DNA from: an uncultured archaeon
GTDB taxonomy: Archaea > Iainarchaeota > Iainarchaeia > Iainarchaeales > 0-14-0-20-30-16
NCBI GenBank assembly: GCA_964565125.1
Contig: CAZMCX010000047.1
Span: forward strand, 1-6,107
Length of the DNA: 6,107 nucleotides
Direction of reading: 5' to 3'
This document shows positions 5,083 to 6,107 of the stretch, piece by piece. Under the pieces are notes generated by a model. That model saw only the letters and a list, made by a program, of their open reading frames with translations. It was not told where the DNA came from and ran no database searches. The first letter of the stretch is position 1. Every line of letters begins with the position of its first letter. A program made the position numbers and the translations under genes.

Positions 5083-6107
5083 TCACTTTTTATAAGCATC
5101 TTCTACTAGCTTTTTATTTTCGCCTTTTTCAAATGCTTTCCTAACTGGTTCTAATAGTTCTACTAAAACATTGCCAACTGCGATCTTTAAATCCAAAGGA
5201 TGTAATTTCTTTTCAGCATAAATTTTTTCTAATTCTGCATATGTTTTGAATTCTAAGTTCCCACCAAACTTTTCTGGCCTAGTAACCATAAATGTTTTCC
5301 CAGTCCTTTTAAAGTAAGGAAACAGTACTGCTTTAGTAAACATTAGAATTGCATTGTTTTCTATAGAGTCAGTACAAAATGCTTTTTTCACTTTGTTTTG
5401 AATGCCTTCTGGATCGTCCAATAAATCTATTTTTGATTCTTCAACAGATGAAGACATTTTGTCTCCAGTTAACCCTGGTAACATTGGAGTCATAAAATGA
5501 ATTCTTTGTCTATAACCTAGCTTTGGTAGATATTCATGAGCCAAAACAAATATCTTTCTTTGGTCTGAACCACCAAATTGGGCATCAACTTTTAAGTATT
5601 CTTCATCTAAAGCTTGCAGTAAAGGATATAGCAGTGGCGCCATTCGCGGATTATCTGATTGTTTCACTACTTCTGCACCAGCTTTCTTGGCTTCCGCATT
5701 AGTAACTATACTTGCAAATCTATACACATCTCTTGTATATTCTTTGCTTAACTGATAGCTACTGCCTTTAACAAACTCTAATTTTTCAACAGGCACTTTC
5801 ATGGCCTTTAATGTTTCTTTTATTACTTTTTCATAATATTTTGACCTAAGATCTAATAACTCTTCAGGAGTTTTTTGGCTGTCCAAAAAAGCATGAATAT
5901 CTGCAATTAGAACTTTCACTTTTGAGCCAGCTTCCAAGAAGTCTGCCAGTTTAGTAAAAGGGATTAGGTACCCAATATGTATTCTGCCAGTTGGCGCAGT
6001 CCCCCAATAGATTACAAGATCTCTTTCTTTTACAATTTTATTAAGCTCTGCTTCGTTGATTACTTCTTCTAATCCTCTTGTTATCAAATCTATTTTATCT
6101 TTTGTAT
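5083..6107 (-). CDS. tyrS: Tyrosine--tRNA ligase, archaeal/eukaryal type, 5'-partial (N-terminus beyond the window edge)
   Basis: It has a HIGH-region variant 'PTGRIHIGY', 'ADIHAFLD', '[13 protein letters not shown]' and a KMSSS loop ('GDKMSSS'). It lacks the bacterial S4-like C-terminal domain. The track's start at 6087 is a TTG, but the frame stays open to 6105 (...[15 protein letters not shown]). That upstream stretch aligns with the N-terminal helix of TyrRS, so the true start lies just outside the window. Confidence 0.95.
   Translation of the reverse strand, partial: [340 protein letters not shown]

Noticed and set aside
6085-6087. TTG proposed by the track as the TyrRS start
   Set aside because: The frame stays open to the window edge (codons to 6105 read TKDKID). 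That stretch aligns with the conserved N-terminal helix of archaeal/eukaryal TyrRS, so the gene is truncated by the window rather than starting at this TTG.
1-6107. Search for CRISPR repeats, IS/transposase ends, integrase genes, toxin-antitoxin pairs or known defence-system genes
   Set aside because: I could find no regularly spaced direct repeats, no long inverted terminal repeats and no ORFs with the relevant motifs. Nearly all sequence is accounted for by the genes and short regulatory spacers listed above.

Overview
AT-rich (about one-third G+C by eye), very gene-dense prokaryotic window. It reads as archaeal, most likely a small-genome DPANN-like lineage. Support for this: an archaeal/eukaryal-type TyrRS with a KMSSS motif, a KH-less aCPSF2-type beta-CASP nuclease, a Sec61-beta homologue, TATA-like boxes and oligo-T terminators. 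Layout, right to left: (1) a minus-strand operon tyrS (5' end runs off the window) - dedA - small Zn-ribbon/acidic-tail protein - tatD - a 49-codon membrane ORF missing from the supplied track - beta-CASP nuclease. Its gene junctions are +4, -14, +2, +4 and -32 nt, and it ends at a hairpin/oligo-T terminator at 2055..2084. (2) A small plus-strand Sec61-beta gene at 1826..1993. (3) A second minus-strand two-gene unit (1733 to 34) encoding membrane-anchored proteins of unknown function, driven from a compact 80-bp divergent promoter region. I found no CRISPR array, tRNA/rRNA, transposase, integrase or recognisable defence genes. Most of the window is housekeeping, and I do not see a clear-cut novel multi-gene system. 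The items most worth a second look are the orphan LysW-like Zn-ribbon with a poly-acidic Cys-containing tail coupled to TatD, the unlisted small membrane ORF, the coupled pair of unknown surface-anchored proteins, and a TyrRS that looks unusually opisthokont-like. All homology statements come from motif recognition by eye; no searches were run.
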